Shown here piece by piece: positions 11,401 through 23,927 of a stretch of DNA of 64,000 nt (positions within the stretch are counted from its first letter, which is position 1; each line of letters starts with the position of its first letter). The translations under genes and the position numbers were made by a program. The stretch covers positions 5,518,001 to 5,582,000 of the forward strand of contig NC_043018.1 of NCBI RefSeq assembly GCF_006345805.1, written 5' to 3'. The notes below the pieces were generated by a model that was not told where the DNA came from, made no database searches, and saw nothing but the letters and a program-made list of their open reading frames with translations. The stretch comes from Octopus sinensis (lineage: Eukaryota).

Positions 11401-14340
11401 AGTCATGGGAGCTGTGCTGTTTTCTGACTTTGTAAATATATCCACGGGTCTTAGACGGGTGGAGGGGGAAAATCAGGTGTAGTGTTGGCGAATCTCAGAA
11501 GCCTGGAAGCTTTGAAGGATGCAGTGCTCCGACAACTAACAACTGATGCCGGCAGTTTGTTCCATGCTTCAGCAACTCTCAGTGTGAAAAAATGGTTCTG
11601 AAAGTCATGGGAGCTGTGCTGTTTTCTGACTTTGTAAACATGTCCATGGTGTTAGACAGGTGGAGGGGAGAAAATCAGGTGTAGTGTTGGCGAATCTCAG
11701 AAAGCATGGAAGTTTTGAAGGATGCAGTGCTCCGACAACTAACAACTGATGCCGACAGTTTGTTCCATGCTTCAGCAACTCTCAGCGTGAAAAAATGTTT
11801 CCAAAAGTCATGGGAGCTGTGCCGTTTTCTGACTTTGTAAACATGTCCATGGGTGTTAGACGGGTGGAGGGGAGAAAATCAGGTGTAGTGTTGGTGAATC
11901 TCAGGAAGCATAGAAGTTTTGAAGGATGCAGTGCTCCGACAACTAACAACTGATGCCGACAGTTTGTTTCATGCTTCAGCAACTCTCAGTGTGAAAAAAT
12001 GTTTCCAAAAGTCATGGGAGCTGTGCTATTTTCTGACTTTGTAAACATGTCCATGGGTGTTAGACGGGTGGAGGGGAGAAAATCAGGTGTAGTGTTGGTG
12101 AATCTCAGGAAGCATGGAAGTTGTGAAGGATGCAGTTATCTGGCAACTAACAACTGATGCCGGCAGTTTGTTCCATGCTTCAGCAACTCTCAGTGTGAAA
12201 AAATGTTTCCGAAAGTCATGGGAGCTGTGCTGTTTTCTGACTTTGTAAACATGTCCATGGGTGTTAGACAGGTGGAGGGGAGAAAATCAGGTGTAGTGTT
12301 GGCGAATCTCAGAAAGCATGGAAGTTTTGAAGGATGCAGTGCTCCGACAACTAACAACTGATGCCGACAGTTTGTTCCATGCTTCAGCAACTCTCAGCGT
12401 GAAAAAATGTTTCCAAAAGTCATGGGAGCTGTGCCGTTTTCTGACTTTGTAAACATGTCCATGGGTGTTAGACAGGTGGAGGGGAGAAAATCAGGTGTAG
12501 TGTTGGCGAATCTCAGAAAGCATGGAAGTTTTGAAGGATGCAGTGCTCCGACAACTAACAACTGATGCCGACAGTTTGTTCCATGCTTCAGCAACTCTCA
12601 GCGTGAAAAAATATTTCCGAAAGTCATGGGAGCTGTGCTGTTTTCTGACTTTGTAAACATGTCCATGGGTGTTAGACAGGTGGAGGGGAGAAAATCAGGT
12701 GTAGTGTTGGTGAATCTCAGGAAGCATGGAAGTTTTGAAGGATGCAGTTATCCGGCAACTAACAACTGATGCTGGCAGTTTGTTCCATGCTTCAGCACCT
12801 CTCAGCGTGGAAAAATGTTTCCGAAAGTCATGGGAGCTGTGCTGTTTTCTGACTTTGTAAATATATCCACGGGTGTTAGACGTGTGGAGGGGAGAAAATC
12901 AGGTGTAGTGTTGGCAAATCTCAGGAAGCATGGAAGTTTTGAAGGATGCAGTTATCTGGCAACTAACAACTGATGCCGGCAGTTTGTTCCATGCTTCAGC
13001 AACTCTCAGTGTGAAAAAATGTTTCCAAAAGTCATGGGAGCTGTGCTGTTTTCTGACTTTGTAAACATGTCCATGGGTGTTAGACAGGTGTAGTGTTGGC
13101 GAATCTCAGGAAGCATGGAAGTTTTGAAGGATGCAGTTATCCGGCAACTAACAACTGATGCCGGCAGTTTGTTCCATGCTTCAGCAACTCTCAGCGTGAA
13201 AAAATGTTTCCGAAAGTCATGGGAGCTGTGCTGTTTTCTGACTTTGTAAACATGTCCATGGGTGTTAGACAGGTGTAGTGTTGGTGAATCTCAGGAAGCA
13301 TGGAAGTTTTGAAGGATGCAGTGCTCCGACAACTAACAACTGATGCCGACAGTTTGTTCCATGCTTCAGCAACTCTCAGCGTGAAAAAATATTTCCGAAA
13401 GTCATGGGAGCTGTGCTGTTTTCTGACTTTGTAAACATGTCCATGGGTGTTAGACAGGTGGAGGGGAGAAAATCAGGTGTAGTGTTGGTGAATCTCAGGA
13501 AGCATGGAAGTTTTGAAGGATGCAGTTATCCGGCAACAAACAACTGATGCTGGCAGTTTGTTCCATGCTTCAGCAACTCTCAGCGTGAAAAAATGTTTCT
13601 GAAAGTCATGGGAGCTGTGCTGTTTTCTGACTTTGTAAATATATCCACGGGTGTTAGACGTGTGGAGGGGAGAAAATCAGGTGTAGCGTTGGCGAATCTC
13701 AGGAAGCATGGAAGTTTTGAAGGATGCAGTTATCTGGCAACTAACAACTGATGCCGGCAGTTTGTTCTATGCTTCAGCAACTCTCAGTGTGAAAAAATGT
13801 TTCCGAAAGTCATGGGAGCTGTGCTGTTTTCTGACTTTGTAAACATGTCCATGGGTGTTAGACAGGTGTAGTGTTGGTGAATCTCAGGAAGCATGGAAGT
13901 TTTGAAGGATGCAGTGCTCCGACAACTAACAACTGATGCCGACAGTTTGTTCCATGCTTCAGCAACTCTCAGCGTGAAAAAATGTTTCTGAAAGTCATGG
14001 GAGCTGTGCTGTTTTCTGACTTTGTAAATATATCCACGGGTCTTAGACGGGTGGAGGGGAGAAAATCAGGTGTAGTGTTGGTGAATCTCAGGAAGCATAG
14101 AAGTTTTGAAGGATGCAGTGCTCCGACAACTAACAACTGATGCCGACAGTTTGTTCCATGCTTCAGCAACTCTGAGTGTGAAAAAATGTTTCCGAAAGTC
14201 ATGGGAATGTGCTGTTTTCTGACTTTGTAAACATGTCCATGGGTGTTAGACGGGTGGAGGGGAGAAAATCAGGTATAGTGTTGGCGAATCTCAGAAAGCA
14301 TGGAAGTTTTGAAGGATGCAGTGCTCCGACAACTAACAAT
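5466..14340 (-). repeat. Tandem satellite of about 45 units (190 and 204 bp variants) derived from the C-terminal end of a CR1/L2-type LINE ORF2
   Basis: The unit repeats continuously. On the minus strand it reads HGHVYKVRKQHSSHDFRKHFFTLRVAEAWNKLPASVVSCRSTASFKTSMLPEIRQHYT*, resembling the FF..RV...WN.LP..VV......FK end of CR1-group RT ORFs. Copy number estimated from length. Confidence 0.9.
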
Positions 14341-15384
14341 TGGGCACTGCATCTTTGTGGACCTTGGCAAAACAGTCAACAGATACAGGTCCACTCACAG
14401 TCTCTTTCCTAAATACAAATGGTTGGGATGTAGGTGTTAGCATCTTGTTCCTGGAAGAATCTCAAGCTATGAAAACAGTTCAAAACACAAATGCAATGCA
14501 GTGACCAAAACAAAAATGCACTAAGGATAGTTGTTGACCTATTCTGCTGAGTTCTTTGATTGCCTTACACATCATCCGACGCGAGAGCACCTAAATATAA
14601 ATAAAAGGTCTGCTCTTTTGTGCATGCATGGCAAAAGGAATGTTGAAACTTGACAAAAGTTTTTGAGATAAATGTTAAAAGTGAAAGTGGTTGAGGGTTC
14701 ATCGTGTCTTCACTCCATGGGGATGAGATGTTTTGGCACAGCAGTTTTGGTGCTGCCTATCTGGCATTGCTGATTCAATGCTGACTTACTTGACATCTTG
14801 CGTTTTAATGTCTCTCTCATTCTCATCTCTCTCTCTCTCTTCTCTCTCTGAACATCTGTTTATGTTTGTATGTGTAAAGTCTCTCACTCTCTCTATCAGT
14901 ATGTGTATATTTCTGTGCACACATTCCTGTATGTGTGTGTGTTTTACCTCCAGTGCCAAACAGTACTGTCATTAAAACAGGCTCAGTGTCCAGTCAACCA
15001 TGACAAATCATTGTGTCCACACAACAGTGCCAAATTGTCTCACTCTGTCTTCTCACCGATCCAACGACACTTAAAAATACCTATTTCTATACTACCCACA
15101 AGGGGCTAAACACAGAGGGGACAAACAAGGACAGACAATGGATTAAGTTGATTACATCGACCCCAGTGCATAACTGGTACTGAATTTATCGACCCCAAAA
15201 AGATGAAAGGCAAAGTCGACCTTGGCAGAATTTGAACTCAGGACGTAATGGCAGACGAAATATGGCTAAGCATTTCGCCCGGCGTGCTAACGTTTCTGCT
15301 ATATCGCCGCCTTAAAATACCTGCCTCTTCACAGATCTAGTATAAATGATAAATAAAAGGAATTCACAAAAAAATTGCTCTTAC

Positions 15385-15567
15385 CTTTTGTAGATAATCT
15401 AAAGGTAATATTTTCCCTCCACAGCTATTATGAGTATTTTCCAGGTAGATAGCTTTCGTTTTACAGTGGTGGGCATTACTTCCTGTTGATATTGTCTTGG
15501 CAAGTGTAGCAAGATCAAGAGTTCCATTTTTCTGGTTGGGGATGATTCTTGCAAACACTCCAGCAAT
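15385..15567 (-). CDS. Tha1: L-threonine aldolase copy A, coding exon 4 (IAGVFARIIP...LENTHNSCGGKILPLDYLQK)
   Basis: LENTHN..GG motif; tcacag acceptor, GTAAG donor; 183 nt, phase 0-0. Confidence 0.95.
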
Positions 15568-17129
15568 CTGTGAACGGCATAATTCTAAATTTACACATTT
15601 ATTATGTGTTTAACATTCCACCATGGGAGTATTTGGAGAAATTAATGCTACCTGTTACTGAGGAGGAGAAATTAATGCCACCTGTTACTGAGGAGGAGGA
15701 GTAAGTATTGTTTATCTGCTGTGATGGCCCCTGTTGTGTAGGATTAACTTCTATATGCATGTTGGGAAGGGGTCAGCTATGTTTTGTTTGTTTGTGCTGG
15801 TGGCACGTAAAAAGCACCCTTTACACTCATGGAGTGGTTGGTGTTAGGAAGGGCATCCAGCCATAGAGACATTGCCAGATCAGACTGGGCCTGGTGCAGC
15901 CTTCTGGCTTCCTAGACCCCAGTTGCACCGTCCAACCCATGCTAGCATGGAAAGCGGACGCTAAATGATGATGATGATAATGATTATATATGTGTGCAGG
16001 TGTGGCTGTGTGGTTGAAGGAAAGCTTGCTTCCCAACCATAGAATCTTCAGTTCAGTACCACTGCCATGTCACTTAGGACAAGTGTCTTCTACTAGGGAC
16101 TCAGACTGATCGAAGATCATGTGACTGAAATTAGTAGGTGGAAACTGAAAGAAGCCCGTTATATATGTTAAATAAAATGAGACAAAAAAGCCAAGGCAGT
16201 GTTACCTCATTTTATTTAATATATAGACGCTCACATATGACCTGCATTAGATCCCTCACTCATACTATTATCGAACCAGAAGTCAAACTATGGTCCTTCC
16301 ATAGCACTTACATAGCCTTACCTGCCATTTTGGGTCTTCTGGATACCAAAACTTCCCATATATACATACATACATACACACATATACATACATACATACA
16401 CACATATATACACTACATACATACACACACACACACATATATATATATATACATATATACATACATATAAGCAAAGGGATTAAGTCGATTACATCGACCC
16501 CAGTGTGTAACTGGTATTTATTTAATCAACCCCAAAAGGGTGAAAGGCAAAGTTAACCTTGGCGGAATTTGAACTCAGAACGTAACGGCAGATGAAATAC
16601 CACTAAGCATTTCGCCCAGTGTGCCAACTATTCTGCCAGCTTGCTGCCCTTATATACATATATATAATACACACACACACACACACATAACAAGAATGGA
16701 TTAATAAAACCAAGCAGATATCTAGAAAGCACTCAGTATTAGCCAAACTTTGTTAACTATATCAAACAATCAGATACCAATAAATCCAAGCAATTAACAT
16801 CCAAGGTAATTTCTCATCTATGAGAAATAAATCCAAATGTTGCTAAGAAGAATTTCAAGAAATCTGGAGTATAAGACCACATGAACAAGAATGAACAAAA
16901 TCACATCTTTAATTGATGGTTACCCTATACATTACCAACAATCGTTTCTATGACAGGTTATTTAGATATAATAAAAAGGTACAAAATATCAATCAAACCA
17001 ATATATCTAAAAATTTCAGCTAACAATGTTATCAAAATAACCCAAAACAGGTTAAATTCAAAGAGAACTGAAATAATATCCCTAATACATGAACACATAC
17101 AGAAAAAACGATTAGAAGAAATATAATCA

Positions 17130-17545
17130 TCATCATCATCATTGTTTAACGTCCATTCTCCATGCTAGCATGGGTTGGATGGTTCGATCGGGGTCTGGGA
17201 AGCCAGAAGGCTGCTCCAGGCTCCAGTCTGATCTGGCAGTGTTTCTACAGCTGGATGCCCTTCCTAACGCCAACCACTCCGTGAGTGTAGTGGGTGCTTT
17301 TTACGTGCCACCGGCACAGGTGCCAGGCGAGGCTGGCAACAGCCACGATTGGTTGGTGCTTTTTACGTGCCACCGGCAAGGAAGCCAGTCAAGGTGGCGC
17401 TTGCATCGGCCACGTTCAGATGGTGCTTTTTACATACCACTGGCACAGGGATCACAACTACAATTTCCATTGATTTTTGATGTTGATGTACTTGACTCAA
17501 TAGGTCTCCTCAAGCACAGGGTCAAAATGGTATTTCTTTACTTGC
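17130..17545 (+). mobile_element. Interspersed repeat starting (CAT)n-GTTTAACGTCC..CCATGCTAGCATGGGTTGG (SINE or LINE-tail-like)
   Basis: Homologous copies at about 15790-15985 (-), 18590-19104 (-) and 32720-33125 (+). Confidence 0.75.
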
Positions 17546-18390
17546 CACCTGCACAGGAGTCAATCTAGTGGTACTGGCAATGGCTGGGTGCCAATTATAG
17601 GATTTGGTTCAATTTCGATTTCCAAGAAAAACCAGTTTGGTATTTAAACTTATGAAGGCATCAGCAGATAATGAAAAAATAAAAGCTAACCATAGAAATT
17701 CTACAGAACAACATTTAGTTATCTAGCTATATGCTAAAAAAATTTTTTTAAATTATGCTTATTAGATTATAGGAAAAGCAATTATAATTAAGGCATTATT
17801 TACTACTGAAATCTAGATTACATAACCATTCTTCTTCATTTAAGTTTAGAAGAAAATGTAGTTCTTTGAATCTTAGTAAATACATTTAGAATTTAAAAAG
17901 CATGAACATTAACTACAAAATAAAGTGGTCTATCATTAGTTATACTCCAATGTACAATAATGGTAATTTTAAATGTGATCTTTGCCTAGAGGAATGTATT
18001 ATATAATTCAAAATTAAAATGATTAAATTGTAGAACCAATCTTACTTTGAAATGTTCCCTTAAATATAGAAAAGTATTTAAACATTCCAATAACAAATCA
18101 CGGAATGGAGGAAGGGGTGAATGCTTGAAGTGAAAGAATAAGTGTGAAAATGGATGGGAAGGAGAAGAGCACAAGGGAACGGTCAGTGGAAGCTAAGAAA
18201 AACAGTGTATGGGAAAAAACTGTTATGTAGCAACAAGGTGGTAGTGGCGGTGGTAGTAGTAGTGGTTGCGGTGGTGATGGTAGTAACAGTAGAAATGGTG
18301 GTGATAGTAGTATTAGAGGTAGTAGTAGTGTACATATATGCACATATACACATGTGCAGGTGTGCACACACACAAAGGTAAGCTACTTAC

Positions 18391-18479
18391 TTGTGCAACA
18401 TTGCCTTGTTCACAAATACCAACATGTGCTTGATCTCCAATTATGATTTCCAAGCCTCTTTCCTGACAGTGACTCATAG
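18391..18479 (-). CDS. Tha1: L-threonine aldolase copy A, coding exon 3 (TMSHCQERGLEIIIGDQAHVGICEQGNVAQ)
   Basis: Matches the family HC..RG.E.I.GD..H....EQG segment; taacag acceptor, GTAAGT donor; 89 nt, phase 1-0. Confidence 0.93.
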
Positions 18480-18512
18480 CTGTTAAAGAATTTTAAAAGA
18501 AATTAAATTCCC

Positions 18513-19925
18513 TATTTACTCCATGCATAAGTCACACACCAAATTTAGTGTTAAATCTTGATACAAAATTTGTTTCGCGTACCTTTCCTTCACTGGACCC
18601 TAAACTCTGCTTGCGAAGATCTGTTGAGGCAAGTGAAATCAAAATCAAATTTGATGGCTGGCATCTGTGCTAGTGGAGCACTAAGAGCACCATCCGAGTG
18701 TGATCGTTGCCAGAGCAGGTAACTGGCTCCCGTGCCAGTGGCATGTAAAAAGCACCATTCGAGTGTGATCGTTCCCAGCGTTGCCTTACTGGCACATGAA
18801 AAAACATTCAAGCGAGGTCATTGCTAGTGCCACTGGACTGGCTCCTGTGCAGGTGGCATGTAAAAAACACCATTTGAGTGTGGCCATTGCCAGTACTGCC
18901 TGACTGGCCCCCGTGTCAGTGGCACGTAAAAGCACCCACTACACTCACAAAGTGGTTGGTGTTAGGAAGGGCATCAAGCTGTAGAAACTCTGCCAGATCA
19001 GATTGGAGCCTGGTGCAGCCATCTGGTTCACCAGTCTTCAGTCAAATCGTCCAACCCATGCTAGCATGGAAAGCGGATGTTGAACGATGACGATGATGAT
19101 GATGTATTCCAACTTGGTATCAGCCTTGCTTCATATATGAGCTGCACCCTTGATTTTTCAGTTAAAAACAAAGAGAAATCAGAGTGGTTTATGCACGAGT
19201 CCCTTGGAATAGATTTCATGGTACATAAACATAATCCTATGAAGTAGGTGTATTAGTTGCAATATCCATAAAATACAAATATAGATTATGGAAGAAGAGA
19301 AAAGCACATTTATTCATAATTTCTCATCTCTACAATTATTTTGGCTGCAATTAATGCAAATCTCTCTGGCGAATAAAAATTCCAAATAACTACCACATTT
19401 ACTCATGCATAAGTCACACACCTAATTTAGCGTTAAATCTCAGTACAAATTTTTTCCCCCTTCATATTCAAACTGGACATCAGCTTTGCTTCATATATAA
19501 GTTGCACCCAGTTTTTTCAGTGAAAATCAAGGAGAAATAAGAGTGATTTATGTATGAGTATTTTGGAAGAGGGTTTATGATACATAAATGTAATCCTATG
19601 GAGTAGGTGCATTAGCTGCAATATCCATAAAATACAAATATAGATTATGGAAGAAAAGAAAAGCACATTTATTCAAAATTTCACATCTCTACAACTGATT
19701 TTGCAGCATTAAATGCCAATCTGGTGAATAAAAATTCAAAATAACTACTGTATTTATGAATGTAGAAGTCACAATCTAAATTTAGTGTTAAATCTTGACA
19801 CAAATTCTTTTCCTTTCATACTCAAACTTGATATCAGTCTTGCTTCATATAGAAGTTTCACCCAGTTTTTTTAAAGTTAAAATCACGTATAAAATTGTAG
19901 GATTTATACATGAGAAAATATGGTA
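18513..19925. mobile_element. pogo/Tigger-like MITE with three ~290-bp internal tandem repeats, interrupted by another repeat
   Basis: TATTTACTCCATGCATAAGTC ... GATTTATACATGAGAAAATATGGTA termini; the repeated CATAAGTCACAC..AAATTTAG block recurs at about 18525, 19407 and 19765. Confidence 0.55.
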
Positions 19926-20315
19926 CTTTATGGAAAGAAAGAAATATACAAAAATATAGATAACTCTTTCAATGTTTTTTCAAATTCATCTTTAGTCTTC
20001 CCCTTTCTTGAATATAACCATGTCAAACATTCAACATACCTCACCCATTATGTTACATATCCATATTAACAAAGATAGCTACCCTAGCATACATCAGCCA
20101 AGGATGCTCAAAGGTTTTTTGGCTAATTCTACTGACTCAAACTGAAGCAGATTCACAAAGCATTTGGTATCTTTGATACCACTGTAAATGCAATCAATAT
20201 TCTGTACAAAGATGCCATCAACTAGATATTACTTCTAAGGTATATCTCACAGATGTACCTTGGAACTTAGAAAAGAAATATAATTAAAAAAAAAGGAAGT
20301 TTAAGTTCTAGATTA

Positions 20316-20730
20316 CTCTTTACTCTCTCTCTTTTACTTGTTTCAGTCATTTGACTGCGGCCATGCTGGAGTACCGCCTTTAGTCGAGAGCAAATCGACC
20401 CCGGGACTTATTCTTTGTAAGCCCAGTACTTATTCTATCGGTCTCTTTTGCCGAACCGCTAAGTGACGGTGACGTAAACACACCAGCATCGGTTGTCAAG
20501 CAATGCTAGGGGGACAAATACAGACACACAAACATACACACACATATATATATATACATATATACGACGGGCTTCTTTCAGTTTCCGTCTACCAAATCCA
20601 CTCACAAGGCTTTGGTCGGCCCGAGGTTATAGTAGAAGAAACTTGCCCAAGGTGCCACGCAGTGGGACTGAACCCAGAACCACATAGCTGGTAAGCAAGC
20701 TACTTACCACACAGCCACTCCTGCGCCTAT
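20316..20730 (-). mobile_element. tRNA-derived SINE, family 1
   Basis: Reverse complement of the 1646-2041 element. Confidence 0.85.
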
Positions 20731-20895
20731 TAGTGACTATACTTAAAGAATATCTACAAGAGAGAGCCAGAAGGTAATAAAAATAGTTGACTTTGACTAA
20801 ATACATTATGTTGTTAATATTTATGACTAATTGACTCATGTTGAAAGATAATGGATATCAATAAAGTCCAAATAAAACATTATGTAATAACTTAC

Positions 20896-20979
20896 TGCTT
20901 AATAAATTTGCCATGGTCCCTGAAGGAACAAATAAGGCCTTTTCTTTGCCAAGAAGTTTTGCACATTTTTCTTCTAAGG
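20896..20979 (-). CDS. Tha1: L-threonine aldolase copy A, coding exon 2 (ALEEKCAKLLGKEKALFVPSGTMANLLS)
   Basis: Contains the ALFVPSGTMAN PLP-phosphate motif; tttcag acceptor, GTAAG donor; 84 nt, phase 1-1. Confidence 0.95.
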
Positions 20980-21283
20980 CTGAAATTATAAAAATAGTAA
21001 AAAAGATTTTATATATATATATATAATTATTATTTGAGAGAATAAAATCCAAACTTACAAGGAAAAAGAATTCAATTTAGAAATACTAAATCAAATTCCA
21101 CACAATATAATAAATATATAAAAAATATTAGAAAAAACCCACCTTTTATCAATTCAAAATGAATAATTAAATTACACCATCTAGAAAATTACATATAATA
21201 GAAAAGTTAAAATTAAAATAACAATAAAAAGTAAAGATTAAGTAAATTACAAAAATAATAAAAATGTATATAATAGGGTAGAA

Positions 21284-21370
21284 AACGACACGTGTTTCGC
21301 TGCTATATTTAAGAAATGATTATGGTAGTAGAGAAGTCACTTCCATATAAATATAGTCGCTCATCAGGTT
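21284..21370 (-). ncRNA. Type I hammerhead ribozyme motif in coding intron 1 of threonine aldolase copy A (sense orientation)
   Basis: The minus strand reads aac-CTGATGA-GC..CTATATTTA...TAAATATAG..GC-GAAA-C-ACGT-GTC-gtt: complete core, long stem II, palindromic stem III loop, 3-bp stem I. Confidence 0.75.
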
Positions 21371-21687
21371 AAAAATAAAATAGAACAATAAAATAATTAA
21401 TTAATAAATATACTTTAATATATATATATATATGTATTTGAAAATCCTAAATATACATAAGTGAAAAATAAATACTTTAAAATTAAATAAAATACACAAA
21501 GCTATTACAAGTCAAAATAAGAAATGTTTCAAATATAGACAAACTCCTTAGATAATCTAACCATATAATAAATCTACATGTGTAGTATCTATAGATTTAA
21601 TATAACAATCTATAACAAAATTGACTAAATATCAAATAACAAAATACCTAATTAACTTAAATTTAGTATTACAAATACATAAGCTGC

Positions 21688-21759
21688 CTATTTTATTTTT
21701 AACCTGATGAGCGACTATATTTATATGGAAGTGATTTCTCTACTACTATAATCATTTCT
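21688..21759 (+). repeat. 72-bp inverted partial copy of the intronic hammerhead segment (21312-21383)
   Basis: Reverse complement with about 2 mismatches; includes CTGATGA but lacks the GAAAC half. Confidence 0.92.
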
Positions 21760-21863
21760 ACTACTATAATCATGAATGTATGTGTGTGAGTGTGTAACTG
21801 TTATTTAAATATGCATGTTGCTACTATATTACAAGAAAGGAAAGTCAATGACCTAAATATTAC

Positions 21864-21987
21864 CTAAGATAGTTGGATCTTCTCTGAGAACATCGTCTCC
21901 CACTTCAGCATTAGCAATGACCTCCCTCATGGCCTGGGAAGGTTTTGTGACTGTATCACTTCTCAAATCCACAAATGTTGGGGCCAT
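21864..21987 (-). CDS. Tha1: L-threonine aldolase copy A, coding exon 1 ([41 protein letters not shown])
   Basis: Hand translation gives the family N-terminal motifs DLRSDTVT and GDDV..EDPT. An in-frame TAA lies 21 nt upstream of the ATG. Acceptor AG at 22024-22023 implies an upstream non-coding exon. GT donor after 21864 (phase 1). Confidence 0.93.
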
Positions 21988-23845
21988 CACTGCAGCAGTA
22001 ACTTAATGGACTTGAAACAGACCTGGAGTAGAGAGGACATGTTATAAATGTTTATGAAAGGACTTTGACTAAAACCTAGCCGACTGATTGATTGACTGAA
22101 TGATTAATCAAACAATCAATCAATTATTTTGATAGATGGTTAACCAACTGACAAATAAAAAAATAAAGAAGTGAAATACAACCAGTGCATGTGTTTATTA
22201 TTGACATAATGATCTTCCCAAAATACTATAAAGTTTTAACCCTTTAGCATCCGGCTCAAATGTTCTACCTCTCACACTTACATTCTAAGAATAAACAGTC
22301 AAATCATCGGAATCCCAAAGCCATGATATAATGCATGATTAATTCAAAAGAATGGGAATGAATAAGCATTATGTTTGACAAAGTTAATCTGAATGCTAAA
22401 AGGTTCAAATATTCTTTTCTACTCTAGGCACAAGGCTTGAAATTTTTGGGGAGAGGGCCAGCTGATTAGATCAACCCCAGTACGCAACTGGTACTTAATT
22501 TATCGATCCCGAAAGGATGAAAGGCAAAGTTGACTTCAGCATAATTTGAACTCAGAATGTAGGGGCAGACAAAGTACCTATTTCTTTACTACCCACAAGG
22601 GAAGGACAGACAAATGGATTAAGTCGAATATATCGACCCCAGTGCATAACTGGTACTTATCTAATCGACCTTCAAAGGATGAAAGGCAAAGTCTACCTCG
22701 GCGGAATAACATTAAACATGTGTAGCATTCAAGAGTTTAAGCAAATTTTAAGATGTGAAAATAAAAGGAAGATGGACATTGATGATGATGATGATGATGA
22801 TGACTGAAGTTTTAAACATCCCCTAATATTTTTATGATGCCTTTAAAAAACACATTAAACATTAAAGATTCTAAATCTGCAATTCTTTAGCCCTTTGGTT
22901 TTTAACCAGCCATATTCGGCCTAAAAGTTCTGCACATTTTATGTTGAAATTGGCCAGATTCAGCCTCTCACACCTACTCTACAATGTCATTCTAAAAATT
23001 TACAATCACATCCAACCCATGCCAGCATGGAAAGCAGACGTTAGAAGATGATGGTAATGATGACAACATCAAAATGTCAAAGCTATGAGTTAATAATAAA
23101 AATAAATGTGCCCTTTTAAAGCCTAGCCAAGCTCATGGGCCCAGTTTCCTGGTTTGAATGGCGTATGTATTCCCCAGTGTTACTCATTTTTTCCAGCTGA
23201 GTGGACTGGAGCAACATGAAATGAAGTGTTTTGCTCAAGAACACGTGTCGCCCGATCCAAGAATCAGAACCACAATCTTACAATCATGATGCTGACACCC
23301 TAATCACTGATCCACGCACCTCCAAGCTATGAGATAATGCATGATTAATTCAAACCAATTTGAATAAATAAGCATTACATTTGACAAAGGAATTCAAATG
23401 CTAAAGGGTTGAAAAAAAAGCAAAATTTGTTTTGAGAAAGATTCTCTAATTACTCATTCAAATATTTTTGTGTAAAATAAAATGCAATGCCATCAACTTT
23501 ATGCACAAAACAAAAGAAGTCATCATAGCTTGTTCTGGCTGTGCAGAATTACAAAACTTTTCCATTTTCAATTACAAAGTGAAAAATTTAAAGGCAGGTG
23601 AGGAATTTGAAAGGTAAAAAAAAAAAAAATTAATATAAAAAATTATTTCTTAGAAAAATTGTACAACCTAAATGTGTCCCACCATGTGGCACCTTGGGCT
23701 GACCAAAGGCATGGGAGTGGATTTGGTAGATGGAAACTGAAAGAAGCCTGTTGTGAGTGTGTATATTCTCGTGCTGTTAGCGTTTCGGCGTTTCAATCGA
23801 GTGTAATGGCATTAATGTGGTAACATCTGAAATTTTGTCGTGGTA

Positions 23846-23927
23846 TATGTTTGGCTGATGAAGATAGATCAATTTATGGGTGCAGTCATATCTTGAAAAA
23901 TCTGAAACCTGCGCAGGTCGCACATTA
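23846..23927 (+). ncRNA. Type I hammerhead ribozyme motif, tandem copy 1
   Basis: CTGATGA (23855-61), stem II AGAT/ATCT, GAAA (23904-07), palindromic stem III ACCTGCGCAGGT, GUC triplet 23917-19. Stem I carries one mismatch. Confidence 0.75.

Noticed and set aside
5466-14340. CRISPR array or repetitive protein gene
   Set aside because: Units are contiguous with no unique spacers, and every unit has a stop codon. It is a LINE-derived satellite inside an intron.
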